Origin: Setoptus koraiensis | Taxonomy: Eukaryota; Animalia; Arthropoda | NCBI GenBank assembly: GCA_048013815.1 | Contig: CM106586.1 | Span: 15,004,001-15,068,000 of the forward strand | Direction: 5' to 3' | Length of the DNA: 64,000 nucleotides | Shown here: piece after piece, positions 11,771 to 23,372 of the stretch | Numbering within the stretch: position 1 is the stretch's first letter | Layout of the letters: each line of letters opens with the position of its first letter | The notes under the pieces: generated by a model | What the model was told of the DNA's origin: nothing | Seen by the model: only the letters and a program-made list of their open reading frames with translations | Databases searched by the model: none | Program-made: the position numbers and the translations under genes

Positions 11771-13584
11771 CTGTTAGTGGACAAGTAAAAAACAAATTAA
11801 TTTTTTAGGCTTCATACAAAGTGGTTCAAGAATGGTCGATTTAAATCTGTTCTAACCTAGGCTGAAGATACTGATGATCAATATGAATAAACTTGCTGAA
11901 ACTACAATCAAAGATGCGAGTTTCCGCGCCATAGTGACTTAACATTGATGTTTTCTCTATTGTTGAATTTTTTTATGTATAATTGCTTGGGTTGATAGTT
12001 AGATGGGGCCATAGAATTTTCATTATTCAGGTCACTTATACACTTTTATCATCATGTGCTGTTGTGGCCTCAAAATTTTTTTGGACAATGATAGGCAATA
12101 ATAAAAGGTAAATGAAAGAGTACGGCTTGCAGCAGTTGTTTTTAGATGATCAAAGAGTATGGCTCATTCCTTTAGTGATGAAACTTCTGCAAAAAAATAA
12201 TGTGGCACCTTGACTAATACTATTTCGTTTTTGTAATACTGCGAACAATAAGCTGTGTATAAATTAGATAATTCATTGCAGCAATACCCGATGCTCTGGC
12301 AAAAGTTAACGAGTTTCGAGTTACTCGAACGCGATGAAAACCACTGATAGTCACTGTAACTACCGTCTAATAAACTTCTTTGTCAACCATACAACTTGCA
12401 CGGAGCAAATGGTGTTGCTATCAACGGTGATGATGTTGTTGATGATCAAAGGTCTCTCTGTTGTTGTCTTCAAATCTTGAGGCAATGAATGACGATGACG
12501 AAGGCGGAACTTTCGTACGCTACACGTGAGATTATAAGGATAATCAAGCAAGCTACAACTGCGAAAGCATAATTGTAAGATGAAGTTGATAAGTTTGTTG
12601 AGAGTCTAGAATTATCAATGATGAATAATGTTAGCTGACTTTGGATTGCGACCAAAAACAACAGGTCCATAATAATACTATATCCCTACATGTATTGTGG
12701 TATGTGTATAGTTTAAGTCATCATCAAAAGTTGTTTATAAATTAATTACCTGACGAGATGGTGCACAGTCACAGCATTTAGTTAAATCACTTTCGATCTC
12801 TACATAAACTACTTGTGTGTTTGTGTGATATATGTGTGGTTTGAGCCACTCCTGAGTTGTTGTAAGGTGAAATTGAGATGCATCACGAGCCAGTTGTACT
12901 CACTCGAATCATAAAATTACTAGTCGACAAACCGACGAGCTGACGAGCCGACAACTAGAATGAACCAAATTGAATAAGAGGAGTGACTTAATAGATGAAA
13001 CTACTACTTAGGAAGAAAGAATGCAAATAAGAATATACGGTAAAGTGGAAAAGAAGTATCATTTGAGTCACACACACACACTCACTAAACGAATAATTTG
13101 TCTATTATTATTACTAATAAAGGTATGCTTATATGAAATTTGTTATTTTAAATCAACAAATCATTGAACTAGACATATATAAACTCTCCCACGCCTTGGA
13201 TATTAACTCCTTGCTTATCTCAGTAAGCAGGTTAATTCATGAAAGGCCAGTGACAGGCATGGTAAGCTATTAATCAAGTCAAAGTTTCGTCATTTCTAAA
13301 TCCAGCTCGAATGCAGTCAGACTATGGGCTGGGAGCTGATTCTGTAGCAGTTGAATAGTATGCGGAACAAAGCCTCTAAAAGTAGTAACAACAAGTTGTT
13401 AATAGAATCAAATTATACTGGAAATGACAATCTAATTATTTGATGAACCCAGACATGTACAGTACAGTGAAATTCTAGAGGCAAACAATCTTGTGTCAAT
13501 AAGTGCAGGTATTACGCTTGACCAAAATCTATATATATATATTCTGTCTGTATACATGAACTTTCAGCTTAAGCACCTTAAGCA

Positions 13585-14020
13585 ACAGTCGGATATAACA
13601 GGCTAGAGTAGATCTGCCCAATAGTTGTAACTCTTTCGGCGTCAAGTCTGTCTCATTTGACGATGCATCCACAACTGGACACAAGTGGCAACAGTTGCTA
13701 AACTGTTGAAGTGTCAAATAGGGAAGCTCAACAACAAACACTTGTTGAACACAAGTGCTCAGGGCAACAATCAAAGGGTATGCCAAGATTGGCTGGCAGG
13801 GAGAAATTGAAATTGATTTATAGTGTCTGATAGCAGGTAATGCGAGATTTTTGCAGCCATTTGCTACTAGACGACGTCTAGTAGACATGGGCCAGGGCAG
13901 AATGGCGGCATGGTCTAGTCGCAAATCAGCAAACAACGCCAGGCAACGGCAAACAAAATAACATCTCAACTTGAGCCCTATCGATACATTTCTGTCCTTG
14001 AATTTTGGCATTTGTGTAGT
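13585..14020 (-). pseudogene. Degenerate EMG1/NEP1-derived fragment (relic 1)
   Basis: PKFKDRN...VCRCLALFADLRLDHAAIL aligns to NEP1 SKFKGKY...VHQCLLMLFDSPLNHAELL; shares aaggacagaaa..tatcgatagggc with the 15 kb and 40 kb relics; clearly homologous to 34455-34800. Confidence 0.55.
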
Positions 14021-14026
14021 GATGGG

Positions 14027-14290
14027 TAGTGTGCCGGTAGAAATGGTTTATACTCGTGGTTCAAGCCACACGGACTTTCTGCCACCTTCTACCAATATTG
14101 TCAGAAACGGTTTATGCTCTGGCAAAAAGTGGCACAAAGTGTTGAAATCCCCGATTTTCTTCTATTCCGACCATGGAGGATAGTGGCAGAAAGTCGAGTT
14201 TCCACCACTTTCTGCCAGAATATAAACCATTTCTGCCAAATGGAAGAAACGGTAGAAATGGCAGAAACGGCAGTTTCTACCGGAACACTA
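14027..14290. mobile_element. MITE-like element with 17-bp terminal inverted repeats
   Basis: tagtgtgccggtagaaa (14027-14043) vs tttctaccggaacacta (14274-14290), one mismatch; internal repeats of a tggcagaaa/tttctgcca motif; no coding capacity. Confidence 0.7.
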
Positions 14291-14394
14291 GAGGGTGTTT
14301 CAAGCAGAACCTAGATTTCAACTGATTATGCCACGCTGCCTTCCACAGTGTTTTATTTTTCGATATTTGTCGATGCACTCTGCAAGTTACAGCG

Positions 14395-14428
<34 letters not shown>

Positions 14429-14601
14429 ATGTGCAGCGCGAAATAATTAGTTTTGCCAAGCGAATGGAACTTTTTTTGACCTCAACACAGTCTATCTGAT
14501 TTGTTGTGCTGAATTTCATTTGATCACCACTTCGGAAAGAATATGTGCTAGCGAGCAGCACAGTGTGTTTTATTGGTACAGGTTCTGCTTGAAACACCCT
14601 T
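14291..14601. mobile_element. Tc1/mariner-type MITE, 21-bp perfect TIR, TA flanks
   Basis: agggtgtttcaagcagaacct (14292-14312) is the exact reverse complement of 14580-14600; TA at 14289-90 and 14602-03; internal (GA)n. Confidence 0.8.
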
Positions 14602-15004
14602 TAGATGGTAACCACGCGCGCTGCGTTTTGAACACGTTACAATTCTCAAGTCAACATTTGAGCGTTTCATTGTTACAGTTGGTTTTTTAATCATAGCCTG
14701 ATTTCACTTGTCACGTGAATAAACGTGCTCATAAACACTAACCCAATAGCTACTTGATTAAAATTAAGCGCTAAAAATGAAGAAAATGATGAGTCGCCGT
14801 AGAGGACAATTCAATGGACGCCCATTCATTCCAACAGAAGTTAGCGAGAGAGTCACCCCCCGAATGGACAGGGGATACAGGCTAACCGAGGTGTACCGAT
14901 TCCAACAGCCAACCGACCAACCAACCAAACCCGAAAACCAGACGACCAGCTTGTCAGCCAACCAAGAAAATGCTAAGCGCTAGAGACGGTCACCACACGT
15001 GTCC

Positions 15005-15874
15005 AAAGTGGATATCTACATCTTTATCTATTGCGATAACTATATACATCTGGTCGGATATCTGGCCCAAAAGCTTGTTATCTAGTCCGGTTTGAAGAAT
15101 AAATAAAGAGCAAATAAAAAGCGTTCACACGCCAATCATTCTGGCGATAGTCCTATTTTTTTTTTTTGCATGAGACCCCTCCAGAATGGTCCCTCGCCAG
15201 TCAATGGAAACACAATAAATAGTAGTGTCACTCCTAACATTTTCACTGTCAACCTGAAATATCTAGACACAATAATCGCGTCCCTGTTGACATGAACATA
15301 TTCACTCTTTGTTACTGACCGCGTACACCAGTGGTGAGTGGGTCACTAACTAAGAAAAATGTACCTACAGAGAAGGTGATATTCAATAGTGCCTGATTGG
15401 CAAACGAAAAACTAAATAGATGAGCTGCTCATGATTGAAATGATGTGGAGGCCATCTTTTTCATGGCTAGCTCTAATATTATCTCTTTGCTCCCCATATG
15501 CCATCAGAATCGATGCATGGTCTGGCAGCGAATCAACCAACATCGGCAGGCACCGACAAACCAAGTCAGATCTTAATTTATGCCCTATCGATAGTTTTCT
15601 GTCCTTAATTCTTGTGTTGTGTGTGAATGCACCCAGTTGATGAAGTATAATCTACGTCTATGAGCTCATACTTGTCGAATGTCTTCTCGACGCTGTGAGT
15701 AAATTATTTGTTTCTATCGGCCGTTTCGATGTATCTTCGGTCAGTCAATTCCACCTTTCCCACAGCAACTCCGTAGCTCTGATCATTTTGCTGCCTGGTT
15801 TGAATTTTTAGTATAGAAAACACCACTACAGACGAGTGGAATTTCAACGGATACGAGCAAATCCTGATAAACAT
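15005..15874 (+). repeat. Segmental duplicate of 40200-41057
   Basis: High colinear identity with small indels, from aaagtg(g/a)atatctacatc to aataaacat/gataaacat. Confidence 0.95.
15045..15786 (-). pseudogene. EMG1/NEP1 pseudogene (relic 2, copy of the 40 kb relic)
   Basis: Same decayed NEP1 sequence as 40240-40969, with frameshifts and stops. Confidence 0.75.
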
Positions 15875-16068
15875 TTGTTCGTATGTAAATCTATAAACAA
15901 CTTGTTTTTTTTTGGTTTGGTTTGTTGCTTGGTTGTTTTTTTTAATCTTTATTTAAACAGATTGTGGGAAACACCCTCAGAATATAAATTCTATACAATC
16001 TTCCGGGCAATTAATTATATTGAGTCCATGCCCGGATCATGGGCTCCCCATGCCTGAAACATGGGCTC

Positions 16069-16565
16069 GGTTGGTTGGTTTGGTTTGTTGCTCGGTTGTT
16101 TGGTTTCTTGGTTGGTTGGTTTGATTTGTTGCTTGGTTGCTTGATTTCTTGGTTGGATGGTTTGGTTGGTTTGGTTTGTTGCTTGGTTGTTTGGTTGGTT
16201 GGTTTGGTTTGTTGCTTGGTTGTTTGGTTGGTTTGTTTGGTTTGTTGCTTGGTTGGTTGGTTGGTTGGTTTGGTTGGTTTGGTTTGTTGCTTGGTTGGTT
16301 GGTTTGGTTTGTTGCTTGGTTGTTTGGTTGGTTGGTTTGGTTTGTTGCTTGGTTGTTTGGTTGGTTTGTTGCTTGGTTGGTTGGTTGGTTGGTTTGGTTG
16401 GTTTGGTTTGTTGCTTGGTTGGTTGGTTTGATTTGTTGCTTGGTTGTTTGGTTGGTTTGTTTGGTTTGTTGCTTGGTTGGTTGGTTGGTTGGTTTGGTTT
16501 GTTGCTTGGTTGGTTGGTTTGGTTTGTTCCTTGGTTTGTTCCGTTGGTTGGTCGTTGGTTTGTTG
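16069..16565. repeat. GGTT-rich complex minisatellite (core ggttggtttggtttgttgctt)
   Basis: About 500 bp of variable-length units; short echoes at 15915-15940 and 17195-17218. Confidence 0.95.
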
Positions 16566-17065
16566 CTGGCCGGCAACCACAACAACAGCAGCAGCAGCAG
16601 CAGCAGCAGAACCCTTTGAGGGCCCGCCAGCGTGACAACCGGCGGCAACAACAGCAGCAACAGCAATAGCCAAAACAGCACCAGCCACCACAACAGCACC
16701 AACAACACCAACAACCTCGGCCAGAACCTGTGGTGTTCAGACCAGAGCCCCTGATCCGTCCCGTCCTAAAGGTTCTGGCCGATGAATACGCCGGCCGCCG
16801 ACGTCCTGGCGAGTCTCTCGACTCGAGACTCGCCAGGATGGAGGCCGAACGGACAGCAGCAGCTTCAACAACATCAGCAGCAGCAGCTCCAACAACAACC
16901 ACAACAGCACCAGAACCAACAACAACAGCAACACCAATAACAACAGCAGCAGCAGGAACAACAACAACTCCAACATCAGCATCAACAGCAGCAGGAGGAA
17001 CTCCTATGGAGGTGGATCCGCCACAGCAGTCACAACAGCTGCAGGAGCAACAACAGCAACAATAA
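16561..17065 (+). other. Gln- and Ala/Thr-rich reading frame with one in-frame TAG, followed by a (TTA/TCA)n tract; origin unknown
   Basis: One frame reads QQQ..NPLRARQRDNRRQQQQQQQ*PKQHQ..RPEPVVFRPEPLIRPVLKVLADEY..TPMEVDPPQQ; TAG at 16667-16669 sits in a CAG/CAA tract. Confidence 0.35.
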
Positions 17066-17070
17066 AAAAA

Positions 17071-17101
<31 letters not shown>

Positions 17102-17218
17102 TATCACTGTCACTATTATTATTACAATAAAAATTGGAGCGAGATCGCCCGGCCTCTCTTCGTTAGCCAGAACGAAAGGTTATTTTCATGTTGTTTGATC
17201 GGTTTGTTGGTTGGTTGG

Positions 17219-17787
17219 GCGTCATTACTGTTGAATAAGAGAGGTTGTGCACCCACGAAAAGGATACATATGCATGGTTTTTCACTTTACACAAACGGCA
17301 TGAAGATGTCGAAATCTAAAGGAAATGTGATCGATCCAATCAAATTATTCGAGGCCTATGGAGTTGATCCAGTGAGATTATGGACCGCTCGTAACGCAGG
17401 TGATCATACCGATGTGCTTATAGATGAGAAGACTCTGAAGAATACGTCTGAATTAGTTATAACCAAGATTCGTAATACACTTAGATATATAATTGGATCA
17501 CTGAAAGATTTTCAACCTGAAGTTAATACGATCGACTTTAAGGATTTGGCAACTTTTGACCTTTATTTCTTAAATAGGATCTGCCGATATGCAACTTCTG
17601 TCAACAATGATTACAAATATCATAGATTTGGCAGCGCGGCAGACAGCAATGTACAATTTATAAAGAACGAAGTATCTCGAGTCTACATTGAAGCGATCAA
17701 GGACATTCTATACTGTGATAACTTGAACTCTCATCGACGTCGCTCATGCCAGACGGTTTTATATATTCTATACAATGCCATTATTCG
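17219..17787 (+). pseudogene. IARS2 internal fragment (KMSKS region), copy of 43282-43856
   Basis: Near-identical nucleotides to the IARS2 gene; lacks HIGH motif and both termini; ends at a tattcgggcca x2 microduplication. Confidence 0.9.
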
Positions 17788-17845
17788 GGCCATATTCGGG
17801 CCAGCTTAATGTTTACACGAAAACCATTCATGCTATATCTTGTCA

Positions 17846-20800
17846 TCAAGATAAGTTGTCCGTAGTTACACCACTGTAGGCAATTGCGAAGACACTTTTC
17901 TTTTCCATCAATTCTGCATTTTTTATGTTGAAATCCTCGGCTTGACTAGAATCGGTGCTCTCCGAATGAATTATCATGTGACCCCTATTTGAGTCACTTA
18001 GAGAATTGCCTGCTCGCCCATTTTGTATGATGTCTGAATGAGTTTTATCGACATTTGTTTTAACTTGCGTTGGTGCGTCAGTATGTTGAGATCCTTTTGT
18101 GAGCTTTGAGGGGTCCAGTGTAACAGTGGGCCCGGAACTGGGCTTTGAACCGGTTTGTTTAGAGAGAAGATACTCAGTTTTGCTCCTTCTCAATGACTGA
18201 TGGCCTGGTAAAAGCTCATCTCTAGGCTGTTGATCTTTTTTTACAGATGGGGGCTCCAAATTGTTACTGGTACTGTTGATGGTCTTTTTGTCAGATACTG
18301 GAGGTAGATTTTCATTAACATTGTCATGCTTTTTTGATGTCTCATTCACTGGTGATCTTATGTACATGATCTCAGCTTTCTTTGGTTGCACCAATTTTTG
18401 TGAGGTTTTATCGAATAGCATAGATGAAGTTCCTGCAATTATTGGGGTGCCAGACCGATCAAAGCCTAACAGTTCGTGCTGAGATATACGAGAATTGTTG
18501 GAAGATGAAGAATTGCTTCTAGAATCATCAAATATTATGCGACCATCGTCCCCTACGCTTGCCAGATAGTATTCGGCTTGGGTCTTGAGAGGCGAACTAG
18601 AATCAGCTTGTTCCACATCAAGATAGGCCATATTGTCTATGCCGGTTAAGTCTTTTTTTGACATATCATGAGCTAAAACAAGAGGGACAACACGTTTCTT
18701 TCTGTGTCGTCGAAAAACATGTCCATGAGCTGTCGATTTGTGGTTCATGAGGGCATAACGATTTGAGCCAAGTGAAGTGAGATTTTGTACAAATCCCATC
18801 GTGTTTGGGAAGAACTCGCCAGTAGCCTTTCTCGAAGCGAACAGATTCTGTTCAATAGAGCCACCCGAGGGTGCCGATGAAGCGCGTCTACTATGGGGCC
18901 TACTTGCCATACCAAGCTCGTTGTCGCGACTTTCAAACCAAACTTGTCCATTATACATAGACAAGTGATCGGGCCGCAGCGAGTTGGACAATGGATTTAA
19001 TTCGGCAGGCCTTGACCTACTCAACGTCTGGCTAGCTTTGGAACCTTCTGCTAAAGTGGTGCTCTTAGAAATATCGTTTTTCTGTCCACCATTGTCAACA
19101 TATTTGGGATTAGTTTGGCTTTGCTTACTGGTGGTGCCGTATTTCAAAGCCATAATATCACTGTCGAATGAGTGCTTTTTGTTGCTATTTTTTTCCTTAG
19201 TTATCGACCTTAGATATAGTTGAAAAGCAGACAGATAGGTGGAGGAAATCGTCATATTAATTTATCATATTGAATCATGCTGATCGGCATCAATAACAAT
19301 GATCATCATCGAGGCGAAATTGACTACTCACTTTTCTTGATACACTTTAGATGATGTACAATTGCAACAGAGCCACCATAGGAGCAACAGTAGAATACTT
19401 ATGACCACAATGATGATCAGCAACATCAATATCCATATCATTACATGATATGGCTGATCTCCAGGACCCAAATCACCATGATTGAAAAAGCTCGTCGGAA
19501 TGGAACTGATCTGTGTTTGCAATTGAGACGATGATGAACCTGACGAAGCTGAATGGCCTTGCAGAATGACCTTGTGTTCCTCGGTGCTATGTTGGCCGTG
19601 ATCCAGTGCAAACATCAAGGGGCTCAGATCGGTGAGATCCACTAGACTGTGAATGGGAATCATGAGACGAGCACGAGCTACACTTAAACTACTCGATTCA
19701 CTTAGGGCATCAATTGATTCTATGCTGGTTTTGGCACCCGTTAGTGCAGCAAACCCGCGTTCGATCAGATCACGTTTAGCGTTCAATTGATCAATTGTAC
19801 CATTTAAAATGATACTTATGCTTCTATTCAAAAGAGCTTGATTATGTATATTAACTTTGACCGTGGATGATCTAATCGGAATACCGAAATCGCGAGCTCT
19901 CACTATCAAAGTGGTCAAAGGCGGAAATCTGTAAGCATTAGCGTTAGTCTGACGGGCATAAGCCATAGGCTGGTCGCTACTATTTTGCAAGTCAATATTA
20001 TTTGACGACGACGAAGCTGCTGAATAGCTTCGTTCCACATTATTTGACGACTTGATGATTGACGATTCATTGGCAGATCTGGGCCAATTGAGTTTCGGTC
20101 TCGTATGATTCACCGGTGGCAAATGATGACGATCTGAAACAGATGAATCATCTTCCATTTCGTGTGTCATAGCTGAATTGGCATCATTGGCATGATGATG
20201 CGGATTAACTTGTTCTATTAGTACTGGCGGCAATTGAGGCAATTTCGGGCCCATGTCTTGATTGTTTTCGTTAGACGACATGTAGATAAGGCCAGAGTTT
20301 GAGTCTATTGCAAATTGCTCATAGTAGTTGCCTCCAATAATTTCATAGGCTATCTGGCTATTGATTGTGCCCTCCTGGTCAGCATCAGATGCTTTCACAT
20401 AGAAGGCCTTTGTTAAACTACCGTCTGGAAGCATAACTGCATCATATTGTGGTTGTAGGAATACTGGTGCATTATCGTTGATATCTTTTCAAATTAGCGT
20501 GAAACAAGACAAAAACAAAAACGATCATAGAACCGAGCATACATTAATTATTGGGCTTACATCGCACGAAATTATATTTTTTTCTTATTTGTTGGTTGAA
20601 GTAATAGAACCACTCACCATTTATGTTCACTCTGAGCTCAGAATAATTCTTATGGCCAAAACCATTTTCATCTCTTACTTCAATCATAAATGTATAGTCA
20701 CTCTTTATTTCGCGATCAATGCCTGTGGAATCAATCAAGACAACTGCTCCCGTGTCTTGATCTAGACTGAACCTGCAGCGACAAAGTAAAAAGGTGAATC

Positions 20801-23372
20801 GAATAAATTAATCGAACAAATTAATTGTAAACTGATCAAAGCATCAACCTCAATTCAATCATGCTTACATTTCTCTGCCAAGGCCCGACATGGAAGTGTA
20901 ACGGATCTTTCCGAAATTTCCCGAGTCAATATCGTGTGCTTTGATGATGGCCACAACCGTTCCAACAGGTGCATCCTCGTAGATGAACGAGGAATAAATG
21001 TTTTGGGTAAATCTTCTCGTGGTAAACGAATCCGACGAATGATGTTATTAATTATTATGAACAAACAAACAATTTTTGTGTTGATTTGAGTGAGGTTGTC
21101 ATATTGTCGTAGTGGATAGGGTGTGGTAGTGATTTGTATTGGTTCACACATGATGTATGATACTAACCTGGGATAGTTGTCGTTGACATCTATCAAATCT
21201 ATAATGCACTTAATGCGCGAAGACAGCCTGGGCTTACCAAAATCCGTAGCTACAACGTCCAGCTCGAATACTCTCCTGCCACTCTCGTAATCCATGGCCG
21301 AATTGTTTGAGTCGACAACTACAATCGAAAATGTTGTTTGTTTAATTATCACGTAGAGAGGAATCAAGCCAAAATATGCGCTATCTGGACCCTCGAGACT
21401 TATCTCAAAGGTTCCGTTCGAGCCATTGCCAAAATCAACAATCATAGGCTGCTTCTGACTAGAATTAGAATACCATCTGATAGCAGTTCCTTGTCTACTA
21501 TTCTCTTCAATGGAACCCTTCAAAACAAGGCCACTCTCTAGTGTCGTTGAAGCGCCTAGAAATTTTGGAGCCTCATTGTAATCGTCTACTATTGATAGTG
21601 CAACGTCAACCTTTGTGTACATAGGTGGCCAAAGTCTATCGTAACTAGTGGCATCAGGAACTTCGCTAGCATAAATAGTGAGGCTATTCCAGGATGGTGA
21701 AACATCTTGCATTTCTCTAATAAGATCAAGAGATCTTTTTAATTTGATTATGCCAGATTCTCTGCCTATATCGAAAAATCCGCTCATGGCAGAGGCTATA
21801 ATCGAAGATAACAAAATTGAGCAATTAGATTTGAATTAATCATGCAGCCGCGGTAATATTTCAATTGAACGTGCGACGATTCACTTGCTAAAAATTTTGA
21901 CCGCTTACCCGAATCCAAAGCATAATTGATTGGTCTCTGATCAGCATAGTCACCATCTTCGGCAAATACCTTTAAAATTATATCGTCTATTTGATGAGAT
22001 CTATTGAGTCGCAAAACAGTGGGCAAATCGCGAAATATCGGCGGTGTGTCTTGAACATCTTGTACAGCCACTATAAGATCCAATGTGGCAATATTACGAG
22101 TATCATATCTTGTATTCGACCAGGCATTCAAGGCTATGATAACCAATTGATACATGTTACGTTTTTCATAATCTAGCGGCTGATTGACGGTGATCTCCGC
22201 CTTGGATTGTCCTTGGGGCCCAAATACGTACCTAATAGAGAATTTGTCGCTGCCTCTCAATTCGAATCTAACAGGCAGATCGCTTTTGATGCTCTCCAAA
22301 ACACTAACATGACCAATGACTTCTTGAGGCAGCGTGTTCTAAATGGCGAATATTTGTGGCAAACGTTTAGATATTATTGGACAATTGTTGCTATTATCCG
22401 CTTGACTAGTCAACTGTGAATCAATTTTCATTTCAACAATCTGGCTGTGATATGATTACTTACCTCAGGCACGGTGAGTATTAGTTTGGGTGCTATGAAA
22501 GGGGACAGGGATGTTGTGAGAAATTCATCATTTATGACGTATATTGTCGATTCGACTTGTGTGGTCTTGTTTCCATCTGTGACAAATATTGTCAAGTTGT
22601 AGACGTTTTCCTAAAAAAAAAAGAACAATGCAAACAAGAGCGAGTTGACAAAAATGAATATTTTGATAATTAATGTGCACAATAGTAATATGCGAACCAA
22701 TACAATATTGATTTGATTGGCAGCGAAAAGGTACATCCGGTGCCTCATAACTTTTATAACAAAACTCGCTAATTCAAGAATACAATTTCAAGTTTGATTG
22801 ATTGAGGTGACCGGAAGGGCGGATTATAGGTGCTAATTATTGGTGAAACTTACGCGCAAAGGTGCTTTCAGATATACGTCGGCCTCATTCCACGAATCGA
22901 CTGCCTGGCGTATATCAATGAGACTTCTGCCTTCGATTCCCACAACGCCAAACAGTAGATGCGAATGTGGATCAGCGTCAGAACCTTTGAGTCTGTATAT
23001 GATACTACCAACAGGAGTGGATTTTGGCAAATTCAATATTCTCATATTGTGCGAATAATCTATTGTTGGCGCTATAGCCCAACAGGGTTGCAATATTGTT
23101 GGCGTTGTGCCGGGGCGTTGTTGTTGGTTGTAAATAATTTTTTGCAAATTTGAATATTGTTCATGTAGCTCTTGATAAGTTATTATAATACACATCACAG
23201 ATAGGAAATTGTTCATCAATTTTAGCTTAAAAAAAGCTGCTCTACAATTATTGCTCATATTTCTGATATTGTTGTGTTGCTCATTATGTGTCCAATAATT
23301 AGTGTGTGTTGATTTGCTTAAATGCTGAATGTGGTATAGTGCGAGTGATTGTTCGCCAGCGGAGGCAATCAA
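17846..23372 (-). CDS. Multi-exon cadherin, Cad86C-like; 5' end uncertain
   Basis: Cadherin motifs LDYE, DVQDTPP, DVNDNYP, DINDNAP, ASDAD; ALNAWSNTRYDTRNIA resembles Cad86C as I recall it; TM helix IWILMLLIIIVVISILLLLLWWLCC; long cytoplasmic exon 19255-17846; exons 22610-22464 and 22338-21909 have GT-AG borders. Confidence 0.85.

Noticed and set aside
16011-16902. Long NQ/PT-rich and W/L/V-rich ORFs on both strands
   Set aside because: They are translations of the GGTT minisatellite, which lacks stop codons.
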